Shown: positions 9,385-20,443 of the stretch, in pieces | Numbering within the stretch: position 1 is the first letter of the stretch | Layout: each line of letters opens with the position of its first letter | From: Pseudomonadota bacterium | Lineage (GTDB): Bacteria; Pseudomonadota; Gammaproteobacteria; Burkholderiales; Rhodocyclaceae | NCBI GenBank assembly: GCA_052034445.1 | Contig: JBPOIN010000087.1 | Location: 1-58,484 of the forward strand | Reading direction: 5' to 3' | Length of the DNA stretch: 58,484 nucleotides | Translations under genes and position numbers: made by a program | Notes under the pieces: model-generated | What the model was told of the DNA's origin: nothing | Database searches by the model: none | The model's input: the letters and a program-made list of their open reading frames with translations, nothing else

Positions 9385-10263
9385 TCAAATCTGAATGCCG
9401 GCTTCGCTCATGGCGTCACGCAGGCGTTCGTGATATTCGGCAGAAAATGGCGTGAGCGGCAAGCGCAGGCCATCGGTCATGTAGCCCATGCGCGCCATGG
9501 CCCACTTGACCGGAATCGGGTTGGCTTCCAGGAACAGATTGCGATGCAGGCCCAGCAGGCGGTAATTGATCGCCCGCGCGTGCTTGAGATCGCCGGCCAG
9601 CGCGGCAGCGCACATTTCATGCATCAGGCGCGGCGCCACATTCGCCGTCACCGAGATGGTGCCCTGCGCACCAAGCAGGATCAGCGCCAGCGCCGTCGCG
9701 TCATCGCCGCTGTAAACCGCGAAGCCTTGCGGCGCACGCTTGAGCAGATCGGTGCCGCGCTCGATATTTCCCGTCGCATCCTTGATGCCAACGATGCCGG
9801 GAATCTGTGCCAGACGCAACGTGGTGTCATTGCTCATGTCGGCGACCGTGCGCCCCGGCACGTTGTAGAGGATCAGCGGCAGATCGACAGCCTCGGCAAT
9901 CGCCTTGAAATGCAGGTACAAGCCAGTCTGGGTCGGCTTGTTGTAGTAAGGCACGACCGAAAGGTGGGCGGAAGCCCCCACTTCCTTGGCAAACGCAGCG
10001 AGTTCGATCGCTTCAAGCGTCGAATTCGCGCCCGTCCCGGCAATCACCGGAATGCGCCCGGCCGCATGCTCGACCGCCGTGCGGATCAGGTCGCAGTGTT
10101 CGTCGTAACTCACGGTCGGCGATTCGCCCGTGGTGCCGACCACCACAATGCCATCGGAGCCTTCGGCGACATGCCAGTCGATCAGGCCGCGCAAGCGCGA
10201 CAGATCGAGGCTGCCGTCCTCGTGCATGGGAGTGACGATGGCGGGAATGGATCCTGTAATCAT
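9385..10263 (-). CDS. dapA: 4-hydroxy-tetrahydrodipicolinate synthase
   Basis: [21 protein letters not shown] and GIKDA motifs. Confidence 0.97.
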   Translation of the reverse strand: MITGSIPAIVTPMHEDGSLDLSRLRGLIDWHVAEGSDGIVVVGTTGESPTVSYDEHCDLIRTAVEHAAGRIPVIAGTGANSTLEAIELAAFAKEVGASAHLSVVPYYNKPTQTGLYLHFKAIAEAVDLPLILYNVPGRTVADMSNDTTLRLAQIPGIVGIKDATGNIERGTDLLKRAPQGFAVYSGDDATALALILLGAQGTISVTANVAPRLMHEMCAAALAGDLKHARAINYRLLGLHRNLFLEANPIPVKWAMARMGYMTDGLRLPLTPFSAEYHERLRDAMSEAGIQI

Positions 10264-10365
10264 GAACTGAACGACTGCCCGGAAAAAGGAACTATTTTAC
10301 TCGAAAGCGCGTGCCGACTCACGCCGGGCCGTCGGACTCGAATTCGCCCGGAGCCTGCTCGATCG

Positions 10366-11289
10366 CTACAGATCGGCCAGCGCCTTGACATGCGCACAGA
10401 CGCTGCGCGCCAGGGCCGAAAGCGCATAACCGCCTTCGAGCATCGAAACCATGCGACCCTGCGCCGTTTCCCCTGCGACACCGCGCAATTCCTGCGTCAC
10501 CCAGGCGTAATCGGCTTCCACGAGACCCAGCGAAGCCATGTCATCCTCATAATGCGCATCGAAACCAGCCGAGATGTAGATCAGTTCGGGGGCAAACGCG
10601 CGCAATCGCGGCAGCCATTGCTCGCTGACCATGGCGCGAAACGCATCGCCGCGCGTCCCGGCGGGCAGCGGGACATTGAGCATGTTGGCGGCCGGATTGA
10701 CAGTACCGCAGTAGGGATAGAACGGATGCTGAAAGCTGCCGACCATCAGCACCTTGTCGTTGCCGGCAAAGATGTTCTCGGTACCGTTGCCGTGATGCAC
10801 GTCGAAATCAACAATCGCCACACGCTGCAGATTCCAGGCCTCGATGGCATGCAGCGCAGCAACGGCGATGTTGTTGAAGAAGCAGAAACCCATGGCCTTG
10901 CTGCGTTCGGCATGATGGCCGGGCGGGCGCACGGCGCAGAAGACATTGGTGGCCTTGCCCTGCATGACCAGATCGGTCGCCAGCACGCCAGCGCCCGCAG
11001 CGCGCAACGCCGCGTTCCAGGTGCCAGGGCTCATCGCGGTATCCGGATCGACGTGCGCGATGCCTTGCTGCGGCGAAGTCTGCTCGATCATTTCAATATA
11101 CGGGCGCGGATGGGCGCGCAGCAAATGCTCCATCCCGGCCAGCGGTGCATCGTAGTGGTCGAGAAATACATCCAGACCGCTGGCGATCATGCGGTCATTG
11201 ATGGCGCTCAAGCGCTCCGGGCACTCTGGATGATGTGCCCCCATGTCATGCTGCAGGCAGTCGCGATGGGTGATGAAGGCGGTTGTCAT
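10366..11289 (-). CDS. Histone-deacetylase-family (AcuC/AphA-like) amidohydrolase
   Basis: HPECPERL, RPPGHHA, GFCFFNN, DFDVHHGNGT, SAGFDAH, EGGY. Confidence 0.93.
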   Translation of the reverse strand: MTTAFITHRDCLQHDMGAHHPECPERLSAINDRMIASGLDVFLDHYDAPLAGMEHLLRAHPRPYIEMIEQTSPQQGIAHVDPDTAMSPGTWNAALRAAGAGVLATDLVMQGKATNVFCAVRPPGHHAERSKAMGFCFFNNIAVAALHAIEAWNLQRVAIVDFDVHHGNGTENIFAGNDKVLMVGSFQHPFYPYCGTVNPAANMLNVPLPAGTRGDAFRAMVSEQWLPRLRAFAPELIYISAGFDAHYEDDMASLGLVEADYAWVTQELRGVAGETAQGRMVSMLEGGYALSALARSVCAHVKALADL

Positions 11290-11399
11290 AAGGGCTTTCA
11301 TGTCATGTCGTGCGCAGGTCATACGTCGTAACAGCTACTGCTGTTATCCTACTCCTACAAGCCATCCCCTGCTGCACTCCCCCTGGAGGCATTCCAATC

Positions 11400-12353
11400 A
11401 TGCGCCAACCTGTGAGCCCCGCATTCCAGACAACCCACCGCCTGCTGCTCGAAATCATCGGCCAGGCCGGCCAGATCATCCTCGGCAAGGAACCGCAGAT
11501 CCGCCTGGCACTGGCCTGCCTGCTGGCGCGCGGCCACCTGCTGATCGAGGATCTGCCGGGGGTCGGCAAGACCACGCTGGCGCATCTGCTGGCGCGCCTG
11601 CTCGGCCTGCAGTTTCAGCGCATCCAATTCACCAGCGACATGCTGCCGGCCGACATCATCGGCGTCTCAGTATTCGACCGCAACAGCGGCGGCTTCACCT
11701 TCCATCCGGGTCCAATCTTTGCCCAGCTGGTTCTCGCCGACGAAGTGAATCGCGCCACACCGAAGGCACAAAGCGCCCTGCTCGAAGCCATGGAAGAACG
11801 CCAGGTCACCACCGATGGCATCACGCATGTGCTGCCCGCACCGTTTTTTGTCATCGCCACGCAAAACCCCGCGCACCAGATCGGCACCTTTCCGCTGCCG
11901 GAATCGCAACTCGACCGCTTCCTGATGCGCATCGAACTCGGCTATCCCGATCGCGCAGCCGAACGCGAATTGCTGCGCGGTGCCGACCGGCGCAGCATGA
12001 TCGAGAATCTGGCACCCGCCATGACCCCGCAGCAGCTCGATGAATGCCAGCGCCAGGCAACGCAAGTCCATCTCTCGGATGCGCTGATCGACTATGCCCA
12101 GGCACTCGTCGCATACACGCGGACTTGCGCCGACTATCAGCATGGTCTGTCGCCGCGCGCGGCGCTGGCGTTGCTCGCGGCGGCGCGCGCCTGGGCCCTG
12201 CTGGAAGGCCGCGAGCATGTGCTGCCCGAGGACGTTCAAGCCATATTGCCCGCCGTCGCGCCGCATCGCCTGCAGATCGCCAATGAAACCGTGCAGCGCC
12301 TGAACGCAGGAGCAATCGCCAGACGGCTGATCGAAGCCGTTCCGTTGCCATGA
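11400..12353 (+). CDS. MoxR-family AAA+ ATPase
   Basis: Walker A DLPGVGKT, RIQFTSDMLPAD, LADEVNRA, ATQNP and LDRF. Confidence 0.93.
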   Translation: MRQPVSPAFQTTHRLLLEIIGQAGQIILGKEPQIRLALACLLARGHLLIEDLPGVGKTTLAHLLARLLGLQFQRIQFTSDMLPADIIGVSVFDRNSGGFTFHPGPIFAQLVLADEVNRATPKAQSALLEAMEERQVTTDGITHVLPAPFFVIATQNPAHQIGTFPLPESQLDRFLMRIELGYPDRAAERELLRGADRRSMIENLAPAMTPQQLDECQRQATQVHLSDALIDYAQALVAYTRTCADYQHGLSPRAALALLAAARAWALLEGREHVLPEDVQAILPAVAPHRLQIANETVQRLNAGAIARRLIEAVPLP

Positions 12354-12356
12354 TGA

Positions 12357-13406
12357 ATGCATCTACCCAACACCCACCACGGCATCCGCCGCAATGAAGC
12401 AACAGGCATGAGCCATCGCGCTTTGATTCGGCGTTTCACCGCGCACCTGCAGACACTGTTCTACCGTTGGGCACTGCGCGGACGTGCTCCCGAACGCACT
12501 CCCATCGTACTGACGCAACGCCGTGTGTATGTACTGCCGACCGGCCCGGGGCTGGCCTACACGGCCACCTTGCTGGCGATGCTGGTCGGTGCCATCAATT
12601 ACAACCTGAGTCTGGCGCATGCACTGGTATTCTTGCTCGCCGGACTCGGCGCCAGCGCCATCCTGCATACGTTCCGCAATCTCGCCCACCTGGAAATCCT
12701 CAGCGGCCGTTGCGCACCGGTATTTGCCGGCGAGCAGGCCACCTTCAGGCTGCTGATTGCGAATCCTCGGACCACTCCACGCACAGCTGTGCACCTGTTT
12801 CTCGCGGGGCAGGCCGACACCAGCATGGTCGAAACCGAAATCGCTGCCGAGTCCAGCACCACGGTCGCGCTCGAACTACCCGCACTGCGGCGTGGCTGGC
12901 TATCGCTGCCGCGCATCACGCTATCCACCACCTATCCACTCGGCCTGATCCGTGCTTGGGCCTACGCCGCGCCCGATCTGCGTTGCCTCGTGTATCCGTC
13001 ACCGGCCGTCAGCGCCCCACCGTTACCCTTGTCGGCGGGCGAACACGCAGGCTGTGCGCTGGCTGTCGCCGGCATGGAGGATTTTTCCGGCCTGCGCACC
13101 CATCAGCCCACCGACTCGCCGCGCCAGATCGCCTGGAAAGCCACCGCCCGTCAGGACGATGGTGCCTTGCTCACCAAACAATTCAGTGGCTCTGCGACTG
13201 AAACGCTGTGGCTCGATTGGCAGGCTCTGCCGGTGCAATGCGACAACGAAACGCGTCTGAGCATCCTGTGCCGCTGGGTTTGCGATGCGCATCGCGCAGG
13301 ACTCCGCTGGGGCCTGCGGCTGCCCAACAAAAGCATCGAACCCGATCACGGCATGGCTCACTATCACGCCTGTCTCAGGCAACTTGCGTTATATGCCGCA
13401 GCTTAA
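12357..13406 (+). CDS. DUF58 family protein (MoxR-associated); start uncertain (12357 or 12408)
   Basis: N-terminal TM segments (AINYNLS), TYPLGL, FSGLRTHQPTDSPRQIAWK; lies between moxR and the transglutaminase gene. Confidence 0.85.
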   Translation: MHLPNTHHGIRRNEATGMSHRALIRRFTAHLQTLFYRWALRGRAPERTPIVLTQRRVYVLPTGPGLAYTATLLAMLVGAINYNLSLAHALVFLLAGLGASAILHTFRNLAHLEILSGRCAPVFAGEQATFRLLIANPRTTPRTAVHLFLAGQADTSMVETEIAAESSTTVALELPALRRGWLSLPRITLSTTYPLGLIRAWAYAAPDLRCLVYPSPAVSAPPLPLSAGEHAGCALAVAGMEDFSGLRTHQPTDSPRQIAWKATARQDDGALLTKQFSGSATETLWLDWQALPVQCDNETRLSILCRWVCDAHRAGLRWGLRLPNKSIEPDHGMAHYHACLRQLALYAAA

Positions 13407-15423
13407 TAAAGCCCCCCAGCAGACGACCGGCGAGCTCGACAGGCGCCAGGCCTCCTGGCTGGCCGCCCTGGCGCTGGTCATTTTCGCCCCGCTCGTCTGG
13501 CATCTGCCGCTCTGGCTGAATCTGATGGCAGGACTCGCCCTGTTCTGGTTCGCCCTGCTGCTATGGCGTCAGGCCCCCCTGCCTTCGCGCTGGCTGCTGA
13601 CCTTCATGGCCTTGAGCGGTCCAGCCGGGATCACGCTGCACTATCACACGCTGTTTGGTCGCGACCCCGGAGTTGCCTGTCTAGTGCTGATGTTCGCACT
13701 CAAGTTGCTCGAGATGCGCACGCGCCGCGATGCGTTCGTACTGATCCTGCTCGGCTACTTCCTGTCCATGACGCAGTTTTTTCATCTGCAGAATATTCTC
13801 GCCGCCGTATTGATGCTGGCAACGGTGCTGCAGACCACGGCAACCCTGATCGTGCTGAATCAATCGGCGGGCAGTGCCAGCCGTATCCGCATGCCCTACC
13901 GTCTGGCCGGCACAATGTTGCTGCAGGCGCTGCCGCTGATGCTATTGCTGTTCGTGCTGTTCCCGCGCATCCAGGGGCCGCTATGGGGCTTGCCGGGCGA
14001 TGCTTATAGCGGCATGACTGGCCTGTCAGACCACATGAGTCCAGGTTCCATCAGTCAGCTCAGCCAATCCGATGCGATTGCGTTTCGCGCCAAATTCAGC
14101 AACGCCTCGGCGGCTCCACCGCCTCGACAGCAACTGTATTGGCGCGGTCCGGTGCTGACCTGGTTTGACGGCAGGACCTGGCAAAGGCAGCAAAAAACGG
14201 CAAGCCGCAGTTTGCCGTATGAATTGCACGGCGGTTTTCACGATTACAGCGTGACACTCGAAGCGCACAACCAGCCATGGCTGTTCGCACTTGATCTGCC
14301 AGGCACAATCCCCAAGCCCGGCGGCATCACACACAACGCCGAGCTGCTGGCGCCAAACTCCGTCACCGCACGCCTGCGCTACGAAATGCGCTCCTATCCT
14401 GAAGCGGCGCTCGGCGCGCAGGACTCTGCGACCATGCTACAGGAGGCGCTACAACTACCAGAAACCGGTAATCCGCGCACTCGCGCACTGGCCAGACAAT
14501 GGCGCAAGGAAGCGGGCGCCAATGATCCGGCAATTGTCGCGCGCATGCTCGAGCACTACCGCCGCGAAGAGTTTTTCTACACGCTGGCCCCACCGTTGCT
14601 TGGAGCGGATACCGTGGATGAGTTTATTTTCGTGAGTCGACGCGGGTTTTGCGAGCATTATGCAGCCAGCTTCGTATTCATCATGCGCGCCGCAGGCATC
14701 CCCGCACGGATCGTCACCGGGTATCAGGGCGGCGAAATCAATCCGGTCGATGCCACCCTTGTCGTGAGACAGTCCGATGCCCATGCCTGGGCCGAAATCT
14801 GGCTTCGCGGCAGCGGCTGGCAGCGTATCGACCCGACCGCCGCCATCGCCCCGTCGCGCATCGAAAAAAATCTTGTCGCCGCACTACCCGCCGGCGAAGC
14901 CGCGCCGTTGCTGCTGCGCCCGCAATTTTCCTGGCTGCATGCGCTGCGTTTTCGCTGGGAAGCATTCGGCAATTCATGGAACCAGTGGGTGATCGGCTAC
15001 AACCCGCAACGCCAACGCGAGCTACTCGACAAGCTGGGCCTGTCAGACGCCAGCTGGCAACAAATGACCGCCCTGCTGGCCGGCCTGTGCGGCCTGCTGC
15101 TGCTCGTCTATACCGCATGGGTGTTGCGACAGCCCCAGCGCGGCGATGCCGTTCAGCACGACTGGCAGAGGTTCTCGCACAAACTCGCCCGGCTCGGACT
15201 CGCTCGCCAGCCATGGGAAGGGCCGCAGGAATATGCACAACGCGCAGCCACGGCTCTAGCCCCCGGCCATAAAAAACTGAGCGCCGAAGTCCTGGAGATC
15301 GCAGCAATCTACAGCCAGCTCCGCTATGCTGCGCCTGCGACTGAGGAAATAATTTCGCAGCGCAACCAATTGCACAAGGATTTGCACCAACGCATTTCCC
15401 GTCTTGATGAACTGATGCCATGA
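13393..15423 (+). CDS. TgpA-like membrane transglutaminase-family protein (DUF3488 + transglutaminase core + DUF4129)
   Basis: Multi-TM N-terminus (LKLLE, FVLFPR) and catalytic triad motifs GFCEHYA, AHAWAE, IDPT. Confidence 0.9.
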   Translation: MPQLNKAPQQTTGELDRRQASWLAALALVIFAPLVWHLPLWLNLMAGLALFWFALLLWRQAPLPSRWLLTFMALSGPAGITLHYHTLFGRDPGVACLVLMFALKLLEMRTRRDAFVLILLGYFLSMTQFFHLQNILAAVLMLATVLQTTATLIVLNQSAGSASRIRMPYRLAGTMLLQALPLMLLLFVLFPRIQGPLWGLPGDAYSGMTGLSDHMSPGSISQLSQSDAIAFRAKFSNASAAPPPRQQLYWRGPVLTWFDGRTWQRQQKTASRSLPYELHGGFHDYSVTLEAHNQPWLFALDLPGTIPKPGGITHNAELLAPNSVTARLRYEMRSYPEAALGAQDSATMLQEALQLPETGNPRTRALARQWRKEAGANDPAIVARMLEHYRREEFFYTLAPPLLGADTVDEFIFVSRRGFCEHYAASFVFIMRAAGIPARIVTGYQGGEINPVDATLVVRQSDAHAWAEIWLRGSGWQRIDPTAAIAPSRIEKNLVAALPAGEAAPLLLRPQFSWLHALRFRWEAFGNSWNQWVIGYNPQRQRELLDKLGLSDASWQQMTALLAGLCGLLLLVYTAWVLRQPQRGDAVQHDWQRFSHKLARLGLARQPWEGPQEYAQRAATALAPGHKKLSAEVLEIAAIYSQLRYAAPATEEIISQRNQLHKDLHQRISRLDELMP

Positions 15424-16517
15424 ACCAATCGCTACGCTGTTGCATGTTCTCACTGTTGCTTGGCCTTGCCTGGTCAGCGCAGGCTGTCGGTTTTGCCCAG
15501 CGCAGCGAAGTGCGCAATTTCATTGCCGAAATGCATGCCAAGCACGGTTTTTCGAAACGTCGGCTGGCCGAGGAATTTGCGCGCATCCGGCCATTGCCAG
15601 GCGTCATCAAAGCCGTGCAACCGCCGCATGACAACGCAGCGCGTTCATGGCAAGGCTATCTCGGCAATCATGTCGATGCGCAACGCATCCTGCTCGGCCA
15701 GCGTTTCTGGCACGAACATGCGGCGCGCTTGCGTGCCGCACAGCAGCAGACCGGGGTACCCGAAGAGATCATCGTCGCCATCATTGGCATCGAGAGCATC
15801 TATGGCCACCACATGGGAAAGTTCAACACGCTTGCCGCGCTTGCGACTCTGACCTTCAACTACCCGGATCACGGCCAGCCCAATGCCGCTCAGCGCAAGG
15901 CGTTGTTTCGCCGCGAGCTTGAAGAATTTCTGCTGCTTGCACGCAGCATGCAGCGCCCGCCCTCAAGCTTCCGTGGTTCCTACGCTGGCGCGCTCGGCAT
16001 GCCACAATTCCTGCCCAGCAGCATCCGCCAGTACGCCGTCGACGGCAATCAGGATGGTGCGATCGATCTGAGCCGCAACCCCGACGATGCGATCGCCAGC
16101 GTAGCGAATTTCCTCTGGCAGCACGGCTGGGAAGATGGCGCCCCGATCACTGCCCCGGCAACAGTAAGCGGCGAGCGCATCGACGAATTGCTGGCGCAGG
16201 GCATCCTGCCGCGTCTACGACCCGCCGAACTGATCGAATATGGAGTGAAGAGCCCGAATGCACCCGACCTGCCGGCTGCACTGATTGATCTCGCAACGCC
16301 GCAGCAGGCCACGACCTATCATCTCGGATTCCAGAATTTTTTTGTCATCACGCGCTACAACCGCAGCAGCTTCTACGCCATGGCGGTCACCGAACTTGGC
16401 AGAGCGCTGAAGTCCGCCAGAAAGCAGGCGCAGGACAATCGGCAAGCCACAAGCGAGACTACTTTGGGCAGCGCGCCTCTGCCCGAACCACCAGCAGCGC
16501 AAACGATCAGCCCCTGA
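15420..16517 (+). CDS. mltB: Lytic murein transglycosylase B (SLT_2 family)
   Basis: IIGIES catalytic Glu, GSYAGALGMPQFLPSS, EF-hand DGNQDGAID, ITRYNRSSFYAMAV; ATGA overlap with the upstream gene. Confidence 0.9.
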   Translation: MNQSLRCCMFSLLLGLAWSAQAVGFAQRSEVRNFIAEMHAKHGFSKRRLAEEFARIRPLPGVIKAVQPPHDNAARSWQGYLGNHVDAQRILLGQRFWHEHAARLRAAQQQTGVPEEIIVAIIGIESIYGHHMGKFNTLAALATLTFNYPDHGQPNAAQRKALFRRELEEFLLLARSMQRPPSSFRGSYAGALGMPQFLPSSIRQYAVDGNQDGAIDLSRNPDDAIASVANFLWQHGWEDGAPITAPATVSGERIDELLAQGILPRLRPAELIEYGVKSPNAPDLPAALIDLATPQQATTYHLGFQNFFVITRYNRSSFYAMAVTELGRALKSARKQAQDNRQATSETTLGSAPLPEPPAAQTISP

Positions 16518-16608
16518 TATTCGGCGCGCTGCGCTGGTTCGCTTGGCCCGGCGTCAGATTGATTTATTCACGCCACGCATTTTCTCTGAGCACGAATGGA
16601 GCACCACA

Positions 16609-17679
16609 TCAGAGAAACTCATCCTTGGTAACCCCCTCGCGCGAGAGTTTCTTCCTGAGTTTGGCGAGCGCTTCGACCTGAATCTGCCGCACGCGTTCGC
16701 GCGTCAAATCAAGCTCCGTGGCCAGTTCCTCGAGCGTCAGAACATCGCAGCCATTCAGGCCATAGCGACGCTCCAGTACATAGCGCTGCTTACCCGACAA
16801 TTGCCCCACCCAATCATGAATCTGCTCGCTGGTCTCATGTGTCTGAAACTGGATGTCCGGACTTTCCGACGCATCGGCAGCAATCGAATCCGCCACCGAA
16901 AGATCCGAATCCACTTCGAGGGGGGCATCGAGAGATGCCGTGTGCTCATTAAGCGCCAGCAGGCGTTGCACCTCGTCGACAGGCTTGTCGAGTAACCGCG
17001 CCACCTCTTCAGCGCTACCGGCAGCCTGGCCATTGCGGCGGGCATTCTGTCGCTCACCGTCGGCGTCAAGATGTCGCAAGGCCCGCAAGACCAGATTCAG
17101 TTCTTTGACCACATGCACCGGCAAACGAATGGTGCGCGACTGATTCATGATCGCACGTTCGATGTTCTGCCGAATCCACCAGGTTGCATAGGTGGAAAAA
17201 CGGAAACCACGTTCAGGATCAAATTTTTCCAGCGCATGAATCAGTCCGAGATTGCCCTCCTCGATCAGGTCGGACAGCGAAACTCCACGATTCAGGTAAT
17301 GCTTGGCGATGCTCACGACAAGACGCAGATTCGATTCGATCATCTTTTGTCGCGCGGCAAAATCTCCGGCGCGCAACTTGCGGCTCAAGTCGAGCTCCTC
17401 ACTGGCTGAAAGCAGAGGATTCGCACCGATATCATCCAGATAGAGCTGCGTGACATCGTTGAGGAATTCCGTGCGTACACTATCGGCGCTGTCACTGGAA
17501 GTTTCAGCCTCGCCTCTGCGCGACGCATTAGCAGCGCCATTCAGCACGGAAGAGCCATCTGCAGCGTCAAGCAGATCAACGTCGTCGAGCAACGAAGCGG
17601 CTGTTGCATCTGCCGTTTCCGGCCCTTCCAACTCCTCGTGCAAAATTTTGTCTTCCGCAGCAGGGTTGGGTTTACGCAT
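16609..17679 (-). CDS. rpoS: RNA polymerase sigma factor RpoS
   Basis: [50 protein letters not shown]; follows nlpD. Confidence 0.95.
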   Translation of the reverse strand: MRKPNPAAEDKILHEELEGPETADATAASLLDDVDLLDAADGSSVLNGAANASRRGEAETSSDSADSVRTEFLNDVTQLYLDDIGANPLLSASEELDLSRKLRAGDFAARQKMIESNLRLVVSIAKHYLNRGVSLSDLIEEGNLGLIHALEKFDPERGFRFSTYATWWIRQNIERAIMNQSRTIRLPVHVVKELNLVLRALRHLDADGERQNARRNGQAAGSAEEVARLLDKPVDEVQRLLALNEHTASLDAPLEVDSDLSVADSIAADASESPDIQFQTHETSEQIHDWVGQLSGKQRYVLERRYGLNGCDVLTLEELATELDLTRERVRQIQVEALAKLRKKLSREGVTKDEFL

Positions 17680-17681
17680 GG

Positions 17682-18713
17682 TTAACGGGCCGGAAGAAAT
17701 TTCGCAGGATCGACAGGTTTTCCCTGGCGGCGAATCTCGAAATGCAGCTTTGCCTGATCGCTGTCGCTGCTGCCAATTTCAGCGATCTTCTGCCCCTTGG
17801 CGACGATCTGCTCTTCCTTGACGAGGATTCGGCTGTTGTGGGCATATACCGACAGGTAAATATCATTATGTTTTATGACGACAAGGTTACCATAGCCGCG
17901 CAAGGCGTTGCTGACCAGTGTCACCTTGCCTGCTGCGGCAGCAAATACCGGCTCGCCGGCCTTGCCGGAAATATCGAGTCCCTTGCTACTCCCCTCAACA
18001 AAACCATTCAGCAGCTTGCCACGCGCCGGCCAATCCCATTCGAGTGCTGAATCGCCTGGCGCTGAGGCTGCCGACGCCGGTTTTACAACGGGTTTGATGG
18101 CGGCCTTATCACCGCTGTTTTTCTCAGCAGCGGCCTTTTCCGTCGATTTTGCAACCTCGGCTTTCGAATCAGAAGCAGTTGCCACCACAGAGGATGTGGT
18201 CACTACATCCGGCTTCTGCAACTGCGCAAGCGTTTCCGGTGTATACGGAAAACGGCCGCCTTTGGGTTCGCGCTTGAGTGGTTCGAGATCACCGGATTTC
18301 TCAAGCGAACGGGCTTCAACAGCGGCGGGGGCAGTCACCGGTTTGACTTCAGTCGCTGCGGTTGCGGGCGGCACGACACGCAGTTGCTGGCCAGCCTGGA
18401 TCTTGTTGGGATCCTCCAGATTGTTCCATGCGGCAACATCGCGATAAGACTGACCGTGGTCCAGCGAAATGCTGTACAGCGTATCGCCCTTCTTGACGAG
18501 ATAATAGCCGCTCGGAAGTGATACTGGCGTGGCCGCTACCGGTATGGCACCCGCCGATGCTGCAGCTCCGCCATGTCTTTCGATTTGAGTCAGCCGCCCC
18601 TGTTCACTCACCGGGGCAGGAGGGTTACTGCCGCAACCAGCCATCAACGACAGGCCGCATACTGCAGCCAGCAGATGAAATTTTTTCCAGCCCGGGCGAT
18701 TCATCTGCCTCAT
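17682..18713 (-). CDS. nlpD: LysM/M23 lipoprotein NlpD
   Basis: Lipobox MAGC, LysM ([10 protein letters not shown]), M23 domain (YAHN, LHFEIR); surE-pcm-nlpD-rpoS synteny. Confidence 0.92.
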   Translation of the reverse strand: MRQMNRPGWKKFHLLAAVCGLSLMAGCGSNPPAPVSEQGRLTQIERHGGAAASAGAIPVAATPVSLPSGYYLVKKGDTLYSISLDHGQSYRDVAAWNNLEDPNKIQAGQQLRVVPPATAATEVKPVTAPAAVEARSLEKSGDLEPLKREPKGGRFPYTPETLAQLQKPDVVTTSSVVATASDSKAEVAKSTEKAAAEKNSGDKAAIKPVVKPASAASAPGDSALEWDWPARGKLLNGFVEGSSKGLDISGKAGEPVFAAAAGKVTLVSNALRGYGNLVVIKHNDIYLSVYAHNSRILVKEEQIVAKGQKIAEIGSSDSDQAKLHFEIRRQGKPVDPAKFLPAR

Positions 18714-19393
18714 TCGACCCCCGCCACCAACGGCACAAAGCGCACCGCATCATATCGAGTCTCGGAAAAACCGCTGCCATCAAGCTTGCGTTCGAACATG
18801 CTGAGAACTTGCGGGCTGCTCACTGCACCACCGAGCGGCAGGATTAGCCGCCCACCGGGGGCCAGCTGGGCCAGCAGCGCTTGCGGCACGCGCACGGCAG
18901 CCGCGGCAACGATGATGTTGTCAAAGGGCGCCGCCTCAGGCAGGCCATTATTGCCATCGGCATGTTTCAGGCGGACATGGCCCATGCGGAGTTGCGCAAG
19001 ATTCTTGCGTGCCCGCTGCAACAAGGGTTCAATGCGTTCCACGGCATACAACTCGCGCGTCAGCATCGCCAGCACGGCTGCCTGATAGCCGCAGCCGGCG
19101 CCGACTTCGAGAGTCTTGCCGAGTTCACGAGGTTGCGGGCCTTCGAGCAGCAATTCGATCATGCGCGCAACGACGTATGGCTGCGAGATCGTCTGCTGAA
19201 AGCCCAGCGGCAAAGCCGTGTCCTCATAGGCGCGCGAAGCCAGCGCTTCCTCGACGAAAATATGCCGCGGCACCGCGCCCATCGCTGCAAGAACGCGTTC
19301 GTCACGTATTCCTTGCTCGCGCAGACGCTCGATCATGCGTTCGCGCGTACGCAACGAAGTCATGCCGATTCCGCGCAATGATGACGAATTCAT
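18710..19393 (-). CDS. pcm: Protein-L-isoaspartate O-methyltransferase
   Basis: [26 protein letters not shown]. Confidence 0.95.
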   Translation of the reverse strand: MNSSSLRGIGMTSLRTRERMIERLREQGIRDERVLAAMGAVPRHIFVEEALASRAYEDTALPLGFQQTISQPYVVARMIELLLEGPQPRELGKTLEVGAGCGYQAAVLAMLTRELYAVERIEPLLQRARKNLAQLRMGHVRLKHADGNNGLPEAAPFDNIIVAAAAVRVPQALLAQLAPGGRLILPLGGAVSSPQVLSMFERKLDGSGFSETRYDAVRFVPLVAGVE

Positions 19394-20133
19394 GCGCTCA
19401 TCCAGTTCTGCAACGCGGCCATCTGCGCGTTATGAGTCAAATCAATCTGTAGTGGCGTCAAGGACACCTGATTCTGAGCGATCGCATGAAAATCCGTGCC
19501 TTCGCCGGCGTCCTGGGCTTCGCCAGCAGCACCAACCCAATATACGGTCTCATTGCGCGGCGTCAGTTGCCGAACTACAGGTTCGGCCTTGTGGCGCTTA
19601 CCGAGACGCGTAACACGCATTCCCTTGAGCTGCTCATAAGGCACATCGGGAATATTAACGTTCAACAGCAGTGCTGCGCCAAACTCCTGGTGCTGATAAC
19701 GTTCAACCAGTTCGCGCGCAACACGGGAAGCAGTCAGAAAATGATCGCCACGTTTGCTGGCGAGCGAAATCGCCAATGCCGGCACGCCTAGCAGATAGCC
19801 CTCGGTTGCAGCGGCAACAGTACCCGAATAGATCGTATCATCGCCCATATTGGCGCCGAAATTGATACCCGACACTACCATGTCGGGCTGTTGATCGAGC
19901 ATGCCCGTCACGGCCAGATGCACGCAATCCGTCGGCGTGCCATTCACATAATAGAAACCATTTGCTGCCCGACGCAACGACAATGGCCGATCGAGCGTCA
20001 AGGAATTGCTCGCACCACTACGATCACACTCCGGCGCAACGACTGTGACATCCGCGATCTCGCTCAATGCGCGCGCAAGCGCATCGAGACCTGGAGCCAG
20101 ATAGCCGTCATCGTTACTTAGCAGAATTCTCAT
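19390..20133 (-). CDS. surE: 5'/3'-nucleotidase SurE
   Basis: [31 protein letters not shown]. Confidence 0.96.
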   Translation of the reverse strand: MRILLSNDDGYLAPGLDALARALSEIADVTVVAPECDRSGASNSLTLDRPLSLRRAANGFYYVNGTPTDCVHLAVTGMLDQQPDMVVSGINFGANMGDDTIYSGTVAAATEGYLLGVPALAISLASKRGDHFLTASRVARELVERYQHQEFGAALLLNVNIPDVPYEQLKGMRVTRLGKRHKAEPVVRQLTPRNETVYWVGAAGEAQDAGEGTDFHAIAQNQVSLTPLQIDLTHNAQMAALQNWMSA

Positions 20134-20329
20134 GATTATGGAATTCGATTTGTAATTATTAGCGAGAACCGCACTCAAGGACCTTTCTGTTTAGATGCGT
20201 CGCGATGAAAATGGCACGTAATAAATCGTGCTTGCCGCCGTCCGAATCTAGCCGTTGATTTCGATCCACATCCTTCCAAGAAGGCCATGTATTATAAGGC
20301 CTCCAGGGCACAATCTTGCACCAGATTAA

Positions 20330-20364
20330 CGCTGTCTTGCGCCACCGAGTGGCGCAAGACAGCG
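20330..20364. terminator. 16-bp perfect hairpin downstream of motB (probable terminator or stabiliser)
   Basis: CGCTGTCTTGCGCCAC-cga-GTGGCGCAAGACAGCG; the U tract is weak. Confidence 0.55.
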
Positions 20365-20443
20365 GCAAAAGTGAAACCGAAAAAACCCAGCCGCACAGGT
20401 TGCGTCAGAAACCACCGAAAAATCACAAAATGATTCGCGAAGG

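Noticed and set aside
9430-11331. 633-aa plus-strand ORF
   Set aside because: Antisense to dapA and the deacetylase gene; shadow ORF.
20255-20268. FNR-like box TTGAT-N4-ATCCA upstream of surE
   Set aside because: 9 of 10 match, but no suitably spaced -10 element; could be chance.
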